Source of the DNA: Acidobacteriota bacterium
GTDB taxonomy: Bacteria > Acidobacteriota > Vicinamibacteria > Vicinamibacterales > JAKQTR01
NCBI GenBank assembly: GCA_040752275.1
Contig: JBFMFH010000111.1
Span: 60,015 to 124,014, forward strand
DNA: 64,000 nt
Direction: 5' to 3'
Both the position numbers and the translations under genes were made by a program. This document shows, in pieces, positions 27,002 through 36,697 of this stretch; the first letter of the stretch is position 1; each line of letters starts with the position of its first letter. Under the pieces are notes generated by a model that was given only the letters and a program-made list of their open reading frames with translations, did not search any database and had not been told where the DNA came from.

Positions 27002-27843
27002 GGCTCCTCGACTCCATCGCGTCCGCCCGCGATCGCATTCCCCGCGCGACGCAGGCGGAACCTGTCGCGATCGTCCCGCAACGAGGCGGCGAGCGCCACG
27101 CCACCGTCCTGCCACGGATCGTGGGCTGCGGCGATGTTGCGTCCGCCCACCACGGCCCGGCCCTGTTCCATGCACCACCCGATGCACGCGTAGAGGTCGC
27201 GTGAGGTCAGGGCGCGGTCGGCGTGACGAAAGAACTCGATCGTCTTCGCGTGGCCTTCACCGGCCACGTCGGGGACCGCCAGTGTCTGGCGGTGGATCTT
27301 GGTCGGAACGAAGCCAGGTCCGATGATGAAGGCATTCAGATCCGCCACCTCGTCGTGCAGCAGCTCGCACATCTTGATCAGCAGGATCTTTGACACGCAG
27401 TACGCCGAGTAGTTCGTGAGCGGGTTGTTGGTGCCGCCACCTGCGAAGAAGGCTGCGTGGACCTCGCAACCCGGCCGTCGCAGGGGATACAGGGCGTGGA
27501 GGACGCGCAACTGTGCCGTGGAGTTGGTGATGACGGACTTCTCCCACGCCTCGAATGAGAGAGAGGTCCAGGGACCAATCGGATCGAGTCGGCCCACGGC
27601 GGACACGAAGAGGTCCCACGGCCGCTGCAGGCTCGTGTAAGCGGCAACTGCGCCGGCGACGCTCGCCGGCGACTCAACGTCGCAAGCGATTACCGTCACA
27701 TTGGGCCGCCCCTCCAGCGCGGCAACGCCGGCGCGGGACCGGTACGTGCCGACCACGTGCCACCCATCGTCGGCGAAATGGCCCGCGAGCGCGCAGCCGA
27801 TGTCCGCGCTCGCGGAGAGGATGAAGACGTTCTGCTCGGGCAT
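26998..27843 (-). CDS. SDR family oxidoreductase
   Basis: ILSASADIG (atypical Gly motif), YSAYCVSK (YxxxK), IGPGFVPT. Confidence 0.82.
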   Translation of the reverse strand: MPEQNVFILSASADIGCALAGHFADDGWHVVGTYRSRAGVAALEGRPNVTVIACDVESPASVAGAVAAYTSLQRPWDLFVSAVGRLDPIGPWTSLSFEAWEKSVITNSTAQLRVLHALYPLRRPGCEVHAAFFAGGGTNNPLTNYSAYCVSKILLIKMCELLHDEVADLNAFIIGPGFVPTKIHRQTLAVPDVAGEGHAKTIEFFRHADRALTSRDLYACIGWCMEQGRAVVGGRNIAAAHDPWQDGGVALAASLRDDRDRFRLRRAGNAIAGGRDGVEEP

Positions 27844-27855
27844 GCGGGCGACCGA

Positions 27856-28926
27856 TCAGAAGGGCCCCGTGAAGCTGGGATCCGGGACGTCGAGATGGGC
27901 CAGCGGGATGTCACGCCACTCGGGAAGGGCGACGTCCAGCATTCGTGAAGCGACCCGCACCAGGTCGATGGCGCGGGGATAGTAGTGCGCCGCCAGCGCC
28001 GGAGACGTGGGGGTTGGGCAGTCCGGGAGGCAGACGCGCCGCGGCGGCGTGGCGAGCGGGATCCCCTGTTCGGCAATCCGGGCCACGACCTCGGCACTGA
28101 ACCCCACGGTCGCCCACCCCGTGTCGGTCACGATGACGCGGCGCGTGCGGGCCACCGAGTCCAGGATGGTGGTGTCGTCCCAGGGCCTGAGCGAACGGAC
28201 ATCGACCACCTCGACGCCGATACCGTGGTCGCCGAGCCACGCCGCCGCCCTGAGTGCTTCCACGGCCATGTAGGAGGTCGCCACGATCGTGAGATCTGAC
28301 CCCTCACGCATCACCCGAGCCCGGCCGATGGGAACGCGGTACAGCCCTTCCGGCACGGCCCCGCTGAGGTTGTAGAGCCAGCGGTGTTCGATGAAGACGA
28401 CCGGGTTGTCGTCTTCGATGCTCGCGATGAGCAGCCCTTTGACATCGTACGGCGTGGTCGCCATCACGACCTTGAGGCCGGGCACGTGGGCGAACCACGC
28501 CTGGAGGCTCTGGGAGTGCTGGGGACCCTGGCCCCATCCCCGGCCGACGAGCATGCGGACGACGAGCGGCACCCGGGCGCGCCCACCAAACATGTAGTGC
28601 CACTTCGCCGCCTGGTTGATCAGCGGCTCCATGGCGAGCAGCGCGAAGTCGAGTCTGTGGTGGGTCACGATAGGCCGCATGCCTGCCAGCGCGCAGCCGA
28701 TCGCCACTCCGGCCATGGCGTTCTCTGATGTCGGGAGGTCGGAGACCCGCTCGGACCCGTACTTCGCCTGCAGGCCCAGCGTGGTCCCGAAGATCCCTTT
28801 GGGGTCGGGCACGCCCAGTCCCATGATCTGGACGCGCGCATCGGCCTCCATGCAGAGGTCGGTCGCCTCGCGGATGGCCTGGAGGTACTTCAGTTGCCGC
28901 GTTGCCTCGGCCGTAGTCACGCTCAC
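27856..28926 (-). CDS. ThDP-dependent dehydrogenase E1 beta / transketolase C-terminal-like subunit
   Basis: DLPTSENAMAG, GPQHSQS, PGLKVV, NPVVFIEH, EVVDVRSLRP; GTGA overlap with the alpha subunit. Confidence 0.88.
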   Translation of the reverse strand: MSVTTAEATRQLKYLQAIREATDLCMEADARVQIMGLGVPDPKGIFGTTLGLQAKYGSERVSDLPTSENAMAGVAIGCALAGMRPIVTHHRLDFALLAMEPLINQAAKWHYMFGGRARVPLVVRMLVGRGWGQGPQHSQSLQAWFAHVPGLKVVMATTPYDVKGLLIASIEDDNPVVFIEHRWLYNLSGAVPEGLYRVPIGRARVMREGSDLTIVATSYMAVEALRAAAWLGDHGIGVEVVDVRSLRPWDDTTILDSVARTRRVIVTDTGWATVGFSAEVVARIAEQGIPLATPPRRVCLPDCPTPTSPALAAHYYPRAIDLVRVASRMLDVALPEWRDIPLAHLDVPDPSFTGPF

Positions 28927-29915
28927 TCGGCGTAGGTGAAGGCTGCCATGTCGTGCGCCGGAGGAAACGGGCTGGCTCTTGCGAAGGCCACCGCCTCGTC
29001 TATCTCTGAAGCGATCGTGGCGCGCACACGACCGATCTCGGGTGCGGTCATCACGCCTTGCGCCTCGACCTCCTGTTCGAGCCGTGCCACCGGACATCGT
29101 GCCTTCCAGGCCAGGAAGTCGGCTTCGGTCCGGTAGCCGATGTCGTTGTCGTAGAAGGGACCGCAGTGCTCGCGCCACCGGTACGTCTGGAATTCGAGGA
29201 ACGCCGGACCCTCACCGCGCCGGGCTCGGGCCGCCGCACTGCCGGCAAGCGCGTACACGTTCTTCGTGTCGTTGCCGTCACCCTGCCAGCTTGCGATGCC
29301 GTGGCCCCGGGCGAGATCGCTGACCTGCCGGTTCGGCGGCTGGCGGACGGCCATGGGCGAATAGACCGAGAAGAAGTTGTTCTCGCACACGAACAACACG
29401 GGGAGCCGCTTGAGCGCCGCGAAGTTCAGGGCCTCGTGGAACGCCCCTTCTTCCGTGGCGGCCTCGCCGAAGAAGGCGGCGACCACGCGTTCTTCGCCAC
29501 GGAGTCGGGACCCCCACGCCGCGCCCACCGCCATGGCGATCGTGCTCGCCACGATCGGCACGGCGCCAAGGAACCCCGCCTCGAGGTCGAGGAGGTGCAT
29601 CGACCCGCCCTTGCCGCTGGTGCAGCCGGTCGCCTTGCCGTAGAGCTCCGCAAACATGGCCCGCAGATCACCTCCCTTGGCCAGGTAGTGACCGTGCGAC
29701 CGATGGCCGCTCATGACCCAGTCCCGCCGCCCGAGGTGCGCGCAGACACCGACGGCCACCGCTTCCTGGCCGATCGAGAGGTGCACGGGACACCGCATCT
29801 CCCACTCGGGGTACAGCTCGACGATACGCTCCTCGACCAGCCGGATTCGGACCAGGTCGCGGTACAGACGCGTGAGCGTCTCGCGATCGAGAGGCTCTGG
29901 GGACGCTTCCGACAT
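28923..29915 (-). CDS. ThDP-dependent dehydrogenase E1 alpha-like subunit
   Basis: HLSIGQEAVAVG, HRSHGH, GKGGSMH, GEAATEEG..ENN, TYRWREH. Confidence 0.9.
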   Translation of the reverse strand: MSEASPEPLDRETLTRLYRDLVRIRLVEERIVELYPEWEMRCPVHLSIGQEAVAVGVCAHLGRRDWVMSGHRSHGHYLAKGGDLRAMFAELYGKATGCTSGKGGSMHLLDLEAGFLGAVPIVASTIAMAVGAAWGSRLRGEERVVAAFFGEAATEEGAFHEALNFAALKRLPVLFVCENNFFSVYSPMAVRQPPNRQVSDLARGHGIASWQGDGNDTKNVYALAGSAAARARRGEGPAFLEFQTYRWREHCGPFYDNDIGYRTEADFLAWKARCPVARLEQEVEAQGVMTAPEIGRVRATIASEIDEAVAFARASPFPPAHDMAAFTYAE

Positions 29916-29943
29916 CAGGATGCCCTTCCCGCGCAGACGGCGG

Positions 29944-30597
29944 CTATTCGGTGATCGTCCAGTAGTAGTCGCCGGTGTAGCCGGCCTCCGCGAATAACTG
30001 CCGCCACCCTGGCGGGTCGTAGTACGTGACGGCCGTCAGCACCCACTTCAGGAGGTTGTCTCGCTGCTCGCCGGTGAACCACGAGTCGACCTGCACGTAC
30101 TTGTGCCGGCGGCTCACTCGTTCGATTTCACGAAGTGCCCGGATGCACGCGGCCCGATCCAGATTGTGAAGCGTGTTGATGGAGAGGACCAGATCGAAGC
30201 TCCCGTCGCGAAAGGGCAGGTGCTCGGCCGTGCCACGGACGAGAGCGGGCCGGATGTCACCCGGCGCCTGGCCGAGGGCGTACGCCGAGATGTCCAGTCC
30301 GGCCACAGCGAGGCCGGGCACCACCTGGCGAAGATCGTGCAGCAGGAATCCCTTGGCGCACCCGACGTCCAGCACGCGGCTCCCGGCGCCCAGGCCGAAA
30401 TGGTCCTGCAGGCGCCGGGCGACTGGAAGCCAGCGGCCGTCGTAGTGGTATCCGCCGTAGCCCTGGCTCCGGGTCCCGTCGAAGTACTCACGCCCGAACC
30501 GGCGGGCCACTTCCCGATGGCGCTCGTCGCCCGACCGGTGCTCGGCGATCGGGCGGGCCGACCGCGGAAGGCCGTCGAGCAGGGCCACTTCTCTCAC
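29944..30597 (-). CDS. Class I SAM-dependent methyltransferase
   Basis: EYFDG..GYGGY, VLDVGCAKGF, FDLVLSINTLHNL. Confidence 0.85.
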   Translation of the reverse strand: MREVALLDGLPRSARPIAEHRSGDERHREVARRFGREYFDGTRSQGYGGYHYDGRWLPVARRLQDHFGLGAGSRVLDVGCAKGFLLHDLRQVVPGLAVAGLDISAYALGQAPGDIRPALVRGTAEHLPFRDGSFDLVLSINTLHNLDRAACIRALREIERVSRRHKYVQVDSWFTGEQRDNLLKWVLTAVTYYDPPGWRQLFAEAGYTGDYYWTITE

Positions 30598-31037
30598 GAT
30601 CCGCCCTCGAGTCGGCCGGCCCGTGTGCCCGCCGCAATGGCCCGGTCCCACACATCGATCAGGTACCCGGGAATCGGGTAGGACGGCGCATCCTCACGCC
30701 GGATGAACTCGAGCGCCTGACCCTCCCGGCATTCGAGCGGCTGAACCCCGTCGTACATCGTCCAGAAGACGGTCAGCTTGAGCGGAGGGGCTCCGTCGAC
30801 GTGGTCGTCGACGAACGCGGTCAGCAGGTGCAGGTCACCAAGGCGGTAGAGGGTCTCCTCTTCGAACTCTCGCCGAGCACAGGCCACGATCGACTCGCCG
30901 GCCTCGCGGTGCCCGCCAGGCGGCGTCCACAGTCCGGCATGAGACAGACCGGGCTTGTCATCGCGGTGCTGCAGCAGCGCCGCCCCATCCTCGCGCAGGA
31001 GGACGATCGCGGCGACTTCGTCAGGGGACCCCGTCAC
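30594..31037 (-). CDS. NUDIX hydrolase
   Basis: Nudix box GGHREAGESIVACARREFEEET. Confidence 0.9.
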   Translation of the reverse strand: MTGSPDEVAAIVLLREDGAALLQHRDDKPGLSHAGLWTPPGGHREAGESIVACARREFEEETLYRLGDLHLLTAFVDDHVDGAPPLKLTVFWTMYDGVQPLECREGQALEFIRREDAPSYPIPGYLIDVWDRAIAAGTRAGRLEGGS

Positions 31038-31927
31038 GACGCTCTCAGTGAAGCCTCGATCATCGACATGAGCCCCGCACGGAGCGGCGTGCAGGCGAAG
31101 GACGGGAATGCCGCGATCGTGGCGGAGACGTCGAAGTGCCGGTGCGTGATGGGATTCGCCCGGGGCGACGCCTGGATGGCAACCGGCTGACCGGTTAACT
31201 CCACGACGATCTCCGCAACGCGGGCGAACGGCACCGACGTCCCCGTCACGATATTCAGCACGCCCTCGCTTCGGTGGGCCAGCACGAGCGAGACGAGACG
31301 GCTGACATCGTCAACAAGTACGTGATCCCGCCGTTCCTCACCGCCGCCGAAGAGCTGAATCGGCGCGCCGGCAAGCGCCTGTTGCACGAACCGGTTCGGC
31401 CCGTACCCGTTGTGCGTGTCCCGGGCGCCGTACAACAGCGTTGGCCTGAGGATCGCTAGTGGCGTTCCGCTCTGGCGCGTCGTCTCGAGCAGCATCCGCT
31501 CGCGGACGACGTGCATGAGCCCATGAAGGGACGAGGGCTCACAGACCGACCTCTCGTGCACGGGATTGGCCTCATCGTCGTAGACCGCATCGGAACTGAT
31601 GTACACGACGTGCGCGCATGGCCGCGCGGCCAACGCTTCGCTCACATGCTGTCCCATGCGGAGGTTCTGCATGAACGTCGCGACGGTTCTGCCCCGATCA
31701 GGAGTGAGCGCCGACACGAACACCACCGCATCGTCGCCGCGCAGCCGCGACCGCAGCGCGTCGACCGAGGAGGGTGACGTCAGATCGACCTCCGCCGATG
31801 GAAGGCCCATCACGCGCACGCCCGCAGAATCGAGGCTGCCAACAACATTCGATGCCACGAAGCCCCTGGCACCCAGCACGACGACCCGTTCGGGAGGAGT
31901 CGGCGCCTGATCATGGTGTTCGAGCAT
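31034..31927 (-). CDS. NAD-dependent epimerase/dehydratase-family protein with non-canonical active site
   Basis: LGARGFVA, YISSDAVY, RDHVLVDD; HGLMH sits where YxxxK is expected. Confidence 0.8.
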   Translation of the reverse strand: MLEHHDQAPTPPERVVVLGARGFVASNVVGSLDSAGVRVMGLPSAEVDLTSPSSVDALRSRLRGDDAVVFVSALTPDRGRTVATFMQNLRMGQHVSEALAARPCAHVVYISSDAVYDDEANPVHERSVCEPSSLHGLMHVVRERMLLETTRQSGTPLAILRPTLLYGARDTHNGYGPNRFVQQALAGAPIQLFGGGEERRDHVLVDDVSRLVSLVLAHRSEGVLNIVTGTSVPFARVAEIVVELTGQPVAIQASPRANPITHRHFDVSATIAAFPSFACTPLRAGLMSMIEASLRAS

Positions 31928-31930
31928 CAG

Positions 31931-33211
31931 TTACCTGGCGCTGCCGGTTCCGAGACGACGATGGACGAAGCCGTGACGGGCCGCCGCGTGCGCGTCGATG
32001 ATGCCGTAGGGATCGACCAGGAGGCGGCCCCGCATGACGGCGACGAGCGCGGCGGGGTCGATTCCGGAGAACTCCGGCCACGGCGTCATGATCGCGAGAG
32101 CATCGGCGTCTCGGCATGCCTCCAGGGGAGAACCGGCGATCCTCAGCCAGGGGGCAACCGCTTCGCGATCGAGGCGGGCGGCAGGATCGAACGCGGCGAC
32201 TGGGACGTCGCGAAGCCGGGCAATGAGCTCGAGCGCCGGCGAGCTCTTGGTGACCGCCGTGTTCTCCTTGTAGGTGAGTCCCCAGATCCCGATCGCGACG
32301 GGCCCGGGTCGGCTCAGCACACCTCTGTGCAGCTCGCGGAGCACCCAGTTCCTGCGGTGCTGCGTGTTGGCATTCCATGCCTCAACCACCCCGGCCTCGG
32401 TTCCGTACTGACGTGCGAGGTGGCTGATCGTGGCCAGGTCGCGGGTGAGATTGCCGCCTCCCACACCGAGGCCAGGCGAGAGGTACGCGTGCGGCCCAAT
32501 CCGCCGGTCCAGACGAAGGGCCGGCGCAATCTCCCGCCACTCAGCCCCAACCACCTCGCAGATCTCGGCCAGCGTGTTCGTCGTGGCCACCGAGGACACG
32601 AGGAACATGTTGATGCTGATCTTGCAGAGCTCCGCACTCTCGTAGCGCATGGGCAGGACGGGGCATCCGAAGGCTCCGAGGAAGCTCGTGAGCGCCCTCG
32701 GGAGAGGTACCGCAGGATCGGGGCAGCCCACCATGAAACGTTCTGGCGCCACCGCGCGAGCGACGGCCTGGCCGAACACGAGTGTCTCGACCTGACAGTA
32801 GAGCCGGCTTCCGGCCGCCTCGACGGCCGCCTGGTGGGTCCGGCAGAACCCCGGAGGCACCTGGCTGAGGACCACGATGGCCGTATCCGGCGCCACGCGG
32901 CCGGCGACCAGGTGCACCAACCGTTCGACGGGCGTCACGTCGCTGCGATGCTGGTCGTCGGTCGGCACATCGACGGACACGTAGACGACCCGGCAACGCC
33001 CCAGTGCCGCGGGATCGGCCGTCAAGGTGATGCGCGTCGACTGCTCGTCCAGCATCTCGGGCAGCCCGGGTTCCACGACCGGCATGTGCCCGGTCTGCAG
33101 CCGCGCCACTAGATCCGGCTCCGGGTCGAAGGCCACGACATCGAAGCCCTTCGACGCCGCAGCGGCGCTCGAGACGAGTCCGAGGTGCGTGAGCCCGGCG
33201 TAGCCGATCAT
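31931..33211 (-). CDS. UDP-glucose/GDP-mannose dehydrogenase-family protein (non-canonical)
   Basis: EPGL, SAELCKISIN, LRLDRRIG, GLTYKENT, MTPWPEF; GGGNLTRD replaces GGxCxPKD. Confidence 0.85.
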   Translation of the reverse strand: MIGYAGLTHLGLVSSAAAASKGFDVVAFDPEPDLVARLQTGHMPVVEPGLPEMLDEQSTRITLTADPAALGRCRVVYVSVDVPTDDQHRSDVTPVERLVHLVAGRVAPDTAIVVLSQVPPGFCRTHQAAVEAAGSRLYCQVETLVFGQAVARAVAPERFMVGCPDPAVPLPRALTSFLGAFGCPVLPMRYESAELCKISINMFLVSSVATTNTLAEICEVVGAEWREIAPALRLDRRIGPHAYLSPGLGVGGGNLTRDLATISHLARQYGTEAGVVEAWNANTQHRRNWVLRELHRGVLSRPGPVAIGIWGLTYKENTAVTKSSPALELIARLRDVPVAAFDPAARLDREAVAPWLRIAGSPLEACRDADALAIMTPWPEFSGIDPAALVAVMRGRLLVDPYGIIDAHAAARHGFVHRRLGTGSAR

Positions 33212-34137
33212 GCGATGAGCTCTGTGCCGAGTCGGATGGCCAGCCGGTTGAGCATCCGGCTGATCCAGACGTCATGGTCGAGGTTGGTGCCACCGACGGC
33301 ACACAGCGACTTGAAGTGGTCGTACTCCAACGCCCACGTGGGATCCGGCTGCTCGAGTGTCTGCACTTGCTCGTCAGGCTTGCCCGAGGGCAGCTTGCGG
33401 TCTCGGACGATGAGCGACGTCGGGCCCCACTTGCACAGGCTCGTCACGTGGATGCTGCCGAGTTCCCCGACGATGTCGAGGAAGAAGCTGTTGCGCCATG
33501 ACAGGAGGGTCCCCTCGATCCGGAGCATCGGGCGGGAACCGGGGAATCCCAGCAGGAAGTAGTCACACGCCGCGTTCTCGAAACGCTCGTACGCCCACGG
33601 CTCCGGATCGCCCGCAGGCTGCCCGAAGAAGAAGAGCACCAGATCGAACATGTGCGACGCGAGATCCGGAATGACGCCCAGCCCGCGGTCACGCCAGGGC
33701 GAGTTCCGCACATCGCGCGCCGTGCCGTTGCCGTAGAAGAACCGCGCCTGGTACACCTGGCCGATGGCGCTCCGGTCGAGCAGGTCCTTCACGGAAACCA
33801 GGTGGGGCTCGAAGCGGTGGTTGTAGGCCGTGTAGCAGGCTGCGCCCGTTTGCCGAGCCAGTCGGCCGAGCTCCTGCAGCTCGACCGCGTCCCTCGCGAG
33901 GAGCGGCTTCTCCACCAGGACGTGCTTGCCATGTCCCAGGAGGTAGGTCAGCAGCGCGAGTTTCGGCGCGTCGGGCGTGCACACGAGGGCCGCATCGTAG
34001 GCGTCCAGCGGCACCTCCTCGACCGACCGCCAGTCCGCACCCGGCACGATGGGGTCGACGGTGCCGGCCGCGTCGGCACCGGCGATGGCAAGCCGTTTTC
34101 TGCCCTGGATGCCCAGACCGACGATGAGGCACTTCAT
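33208..34137 (-). CDS. Gfo/Idh/MocA family oxidoreductase
   Basis: IVGLGIQG, HVLVEKP, YNHRFEP, DLASH. Confidence 0.88.
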   Translation of the reverse strand: MKCLIVGLGIQGRKRLAIAGADAAGTVDPIVPGADWRSVEEVPLDAYDAALVCTPDAPKLALLTYLLGHGKHVLVEKPLLARDAVELQELGRLARQTGAACYTAYNHRFEPHLVSVKDLLDRSAIGQVYQARFFYGNGTARDVRNSPWRDRGLGVIPDLASHMFDLVLFFFGQPAGDPEPWAYERFENAACDYFLLGFPGSRPMLRIEGTLLSWRNSFFLDIVGELGSIHVTSLCKWGPTSLIVRDRKLPSGKPDEQVQTLEQPDPTWALEYDHFKSLCAVGGTNLDHDVWISRMLNRLAIRLGTELIA

Positions 34138-35693
34138 GAGTAGTCGAGCCGCTTCTCAACCGCGGTCAGCTTGTCGAGGACCTGCTCGGGGGTCACCGGT
34201 GTGTTGCCTTCGTGCTCGCAGGCCACCGCGGCCGCCATCGACGCCAGGATCGACGCGACGACCGCGTGGTCCGTTGCCACCAGCGCGAGTGTGGCGTAGG
34301 CGAGCAAAGCGTCTCCGGCGCCCATGGGGTCGACGGCGCGGCTGGCAAACGCATCGATCTGGAAGAAGGCCCGGACGTCGTGCGACGGGGCACGGTAGGT
34401 CATCATGCCCCGCTCACCCATCTTGAGGATGAGCGTCTTGCACGCCGCGCGCTTGTACAGCTCGAGGGCCATCGGCCGCACGACCGAGTCCTGGTCGCCG
34501 AGGGCGAACCTCGCTTCCTTCTCGTTCGGGGTGATCAGGTCGAACCCGTGGAAGTCGAGGATGTTCCCCCAGCGGCTCGCAACCTGGCTGTCGGCCACGC
34601 GCAACGGGCCGGGGCGCAGCGCCTTCACGAGGTCAGGAATGGTCGCCTTGCTGAAGATCCCGTGGCGGAAATCGCTGAAGACGTACGCCTCGACATCGGC
34701 CGCCATCAGAGCCGCCTTGAACTGGTCGAGCGTCCGGTCCGAGATGGGCCGGTTGTCTACGCGGTCGACTTTCAGGAGGCGGTACCCGTGTGCGATGAAC
34801 GCCGTCTTGTGAGTGGTCGGCCGGCTCGGGTCGACCACCGGCTGGCACCGCACTCCGTGCCTGTCCATCTCCGCCAGCACGAAATCCCGGTTCGCGTCAT
34901 CGCCGAGGATGGTCGAGAACCAGACCTCTGCGCCGGCGGAGCGCAGGTGGCGTGACACGACGGCGGCGCCGCCGGCGAAGTCGACCTGTTCGTCGTACTT
35001 CACACTGATGGTCGGCGTCTTGCTCGTGCTCGAACCCATGGGCGTGCAGTAGATGTACGAGTCGACGATCGTGTCGCCGAGCACGTGAACGCGTTTCCCC
35101 TGACACTGCTCGAGCGCCCGCCTGAGGTCGGCGAACGAAATTCCCTCCGACTCCATAAGGGCATGAAGCTTCTCGGGGGCGAGGTTGGGTGGGGTCGACT
35201 CGATGAACCGCGACGAGGACAAGACGATGTCACCCGGCGTGAGGATGATCTCGCCCCCGTACCGGCTCAGGACATCGATCTCGTCCTGGGTCCGCGGATT
35301 GACGCCGCCGGCGACGTACTCGTAGCCCTTCGCGAAGTAGTCGGGCTGGAGGTAGGCAATGTTCTCGAGCGGTGTCGGCTGCTCATCGATGATGACGTAG
35401 TCGACGATCTCGAGAGCCGCGAGATTCATGGCCCGTAACTGCTGAGGCACGAAGGGGCGGTAGTCGGCCTTCGAGATGTGGGCGTCGCACGTGAGGCTCG
35501 CGACCAGGATGTCCGCGCGGCCGCGGGCGTACATGAGATGACGCAGGTGGCCCGGGTGAACGAGGTCGAAGGTGCCGTGGCACATGATGACCTTGCGCTG
35601 CCTGGGGCGGGGTCCGAGGATCTCCCGCAGTTCGTCGCGGGTCCTGATCTTGCGGCGATACCGGTCGTCCGTGCCGTCTCGGTGATCCATCAT
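34134..35693 (-). CDS. Bifunctional cytidylyltransferase-family nucleotidyltransferase + PfkB kinase (HldE/RfaE-like, reversed order)
   Basis: N-terminal CHGTFDLVHPGH (HxGH); C-terminal GGAAVV, TPNEKEA, DPMGAGD. Confidence 0.87.
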   Translation of the reverse strand: MMDHRDGTDDRYRRKIRTRDELREILGPRPRQRKVIMCHGTFDLVHPGHLRHLMYARGRADILVASLTCDAHISKADYRPFVPQQLRAMNLAALEIVDYVIIDEQPTPLENIAYLQPDYFAKGYEYVAGGVNPRTQDEIDVLSRYGGEIILTPGDIVLSSSRFIESTPPNLAPEKLHALMESEGISFADLRRALEQCQGKRVHVLGDTIVDSYIYCTPMGSSTSKTPTISVKYDEQVDFAGGAAVVSRHLRSAGAEVWFSTILGDDANRDFVLAEMDRHGVRCQPVVDPSRPTTHKTAFIAHGYRLLKVDRVDNRPISDRTLDQFKAALMAADVEAYVFSDFRHGIFSKATIPDLVKALRPGPLRVADSQVASRWGNILDFHGFDLITPNEKEARFALGDQDSVVRPMALELYKRAACKTLILKMGERGMMTYRAPSHDVRAFFQIDAFASRAVDPMGAGDALLAYATLALVATDHAVVASILASMAAAVACEHEGNTPVTPEQVLDKLTAVEKRLDYS

Positions 35694-36697
35694 GAGCGAC
35701 GTCCCGAGAGCACCGCGAACCAGGCGTTCGTGGCCTCGGCAATCGAATCGGGATCCCACACCGGGGCGTGCCGCCAGTCTTGGATGTGGGCGAGCATCTC
35801 GGCCACGCCGGTCTCGAAGGGCACCTGGGGCGTCCAGCCCAACTCACGCCGGATCTTGCTGATGTCGGCCCAGGTGCAATCGGGCTCGCCGGGACGCTTG
35901 GGTACGTGAACCGTCTCGCCGCCGAGCAACTGGGCCAGCCTGTTCACCGACTGGGGACTCCCGGCACCGGCGTTGTACCAGGTGTGGGTGCGGTCCGATT
36001 GGGCCGCAGCCAGGAAGGCCCGGACGAGATCGGTGGCAAACACGAAGTCACGGGTCTGCGTGCCGTCGCCGACGATCGTGAGCGGTCTTCCCGCCAGCTT
36101 TTGGGCCAGGAACACACCGAAGACCGCGCCGTACGCGCCCGATGTCCGGGACCGAGGTCCGTAGGCGTTGAAGATCCGGATCGAGACCACCGGCAGCCGG
36201 TAGACGCGGCCCCAGTGAAGGACGGCCTCCTCACCCATCCACTTGCTGAGGGCGTACGGGTACTCGGGGTGAATCGGCGCCCCTTCGGTCGTCGGCAGCT
36301 CCGTGGCGATGCCGTAGCACGACGAGGAGGCCGCGTAGACGAACTTCGCGACGCCGGCAGCCCGCGCGGCCTCCAGCGCGGCGACGGTGCCCATGACGTT
36401 GACCGACACGTACTCGACCGGCTTCTCGATCGACGGTACGATGTCCCCGATGCCGGCGAAGTGGAACACGTACCGCGCGCCGGCGAACAGCGTGCTCCCG
36501 GGCCGTGCGTCGCGGATGTCCGACAGGTCGACCTCGAGCCGCGGGTCGGTCTTGTGACGATCGAGGTTGGCGAGGCGCCCGCCGGCCAGATTGTCGATGA
36601 CTCGGACCCGGAAGCCCGACTCCAGCAAGAGGTCCACCATGTGGCTGCCGAGGAACCCGGCACCACCCGTCACGACGGCCATCGGCGCTGGGCTCAC
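35690..36697 (-). CDS. NAD-dependent epimerase/dehydratase
   Basis: VTGGAGFLGSH, ASSSCYG, YALSK, GDGTQTRDF; GTGA-coupled start. Confidence 0.9.
   Translation of the reverse strand: MSPAPMAVVTGGAGFLGSHMVDLLLESGFRVRVIDNLAGGRLANLDRHKTDPRLEVDLSDIRDARPGSTLFAGARYVFHFAGIGDIVPSIEKPVEYVSVNVMGTVAALEAARAAGVAKFVYAASSSCYGIATELPTTEGAPIHPEYPYALSKWMGEEAVLHWGRVYRLPVVSIRIFNAYGPRSRTSGAYGAVFGVFLAQKLAGRPLTIVGDGTQTRDFVFATDLVRAFLAAAQSDRTHTWYNAGAGSPQSVNRLAQLLGGETVHVPKRPGEPDCTWADISKIRRELGWTPQVPFETGVAEMLAHIQDWRHAPVWDPDSIAEATNAWFAVLSGRRS

Noticed and set aside
27856-29915. Annotation as housekeeping pyruvate/acetoin dehydrogenase (pdhA/pdhB)
   Set aside because: No E2/E3 or lipoyl domain nearby and the pair is embedded in a sugar operon; gene symbols withheld.
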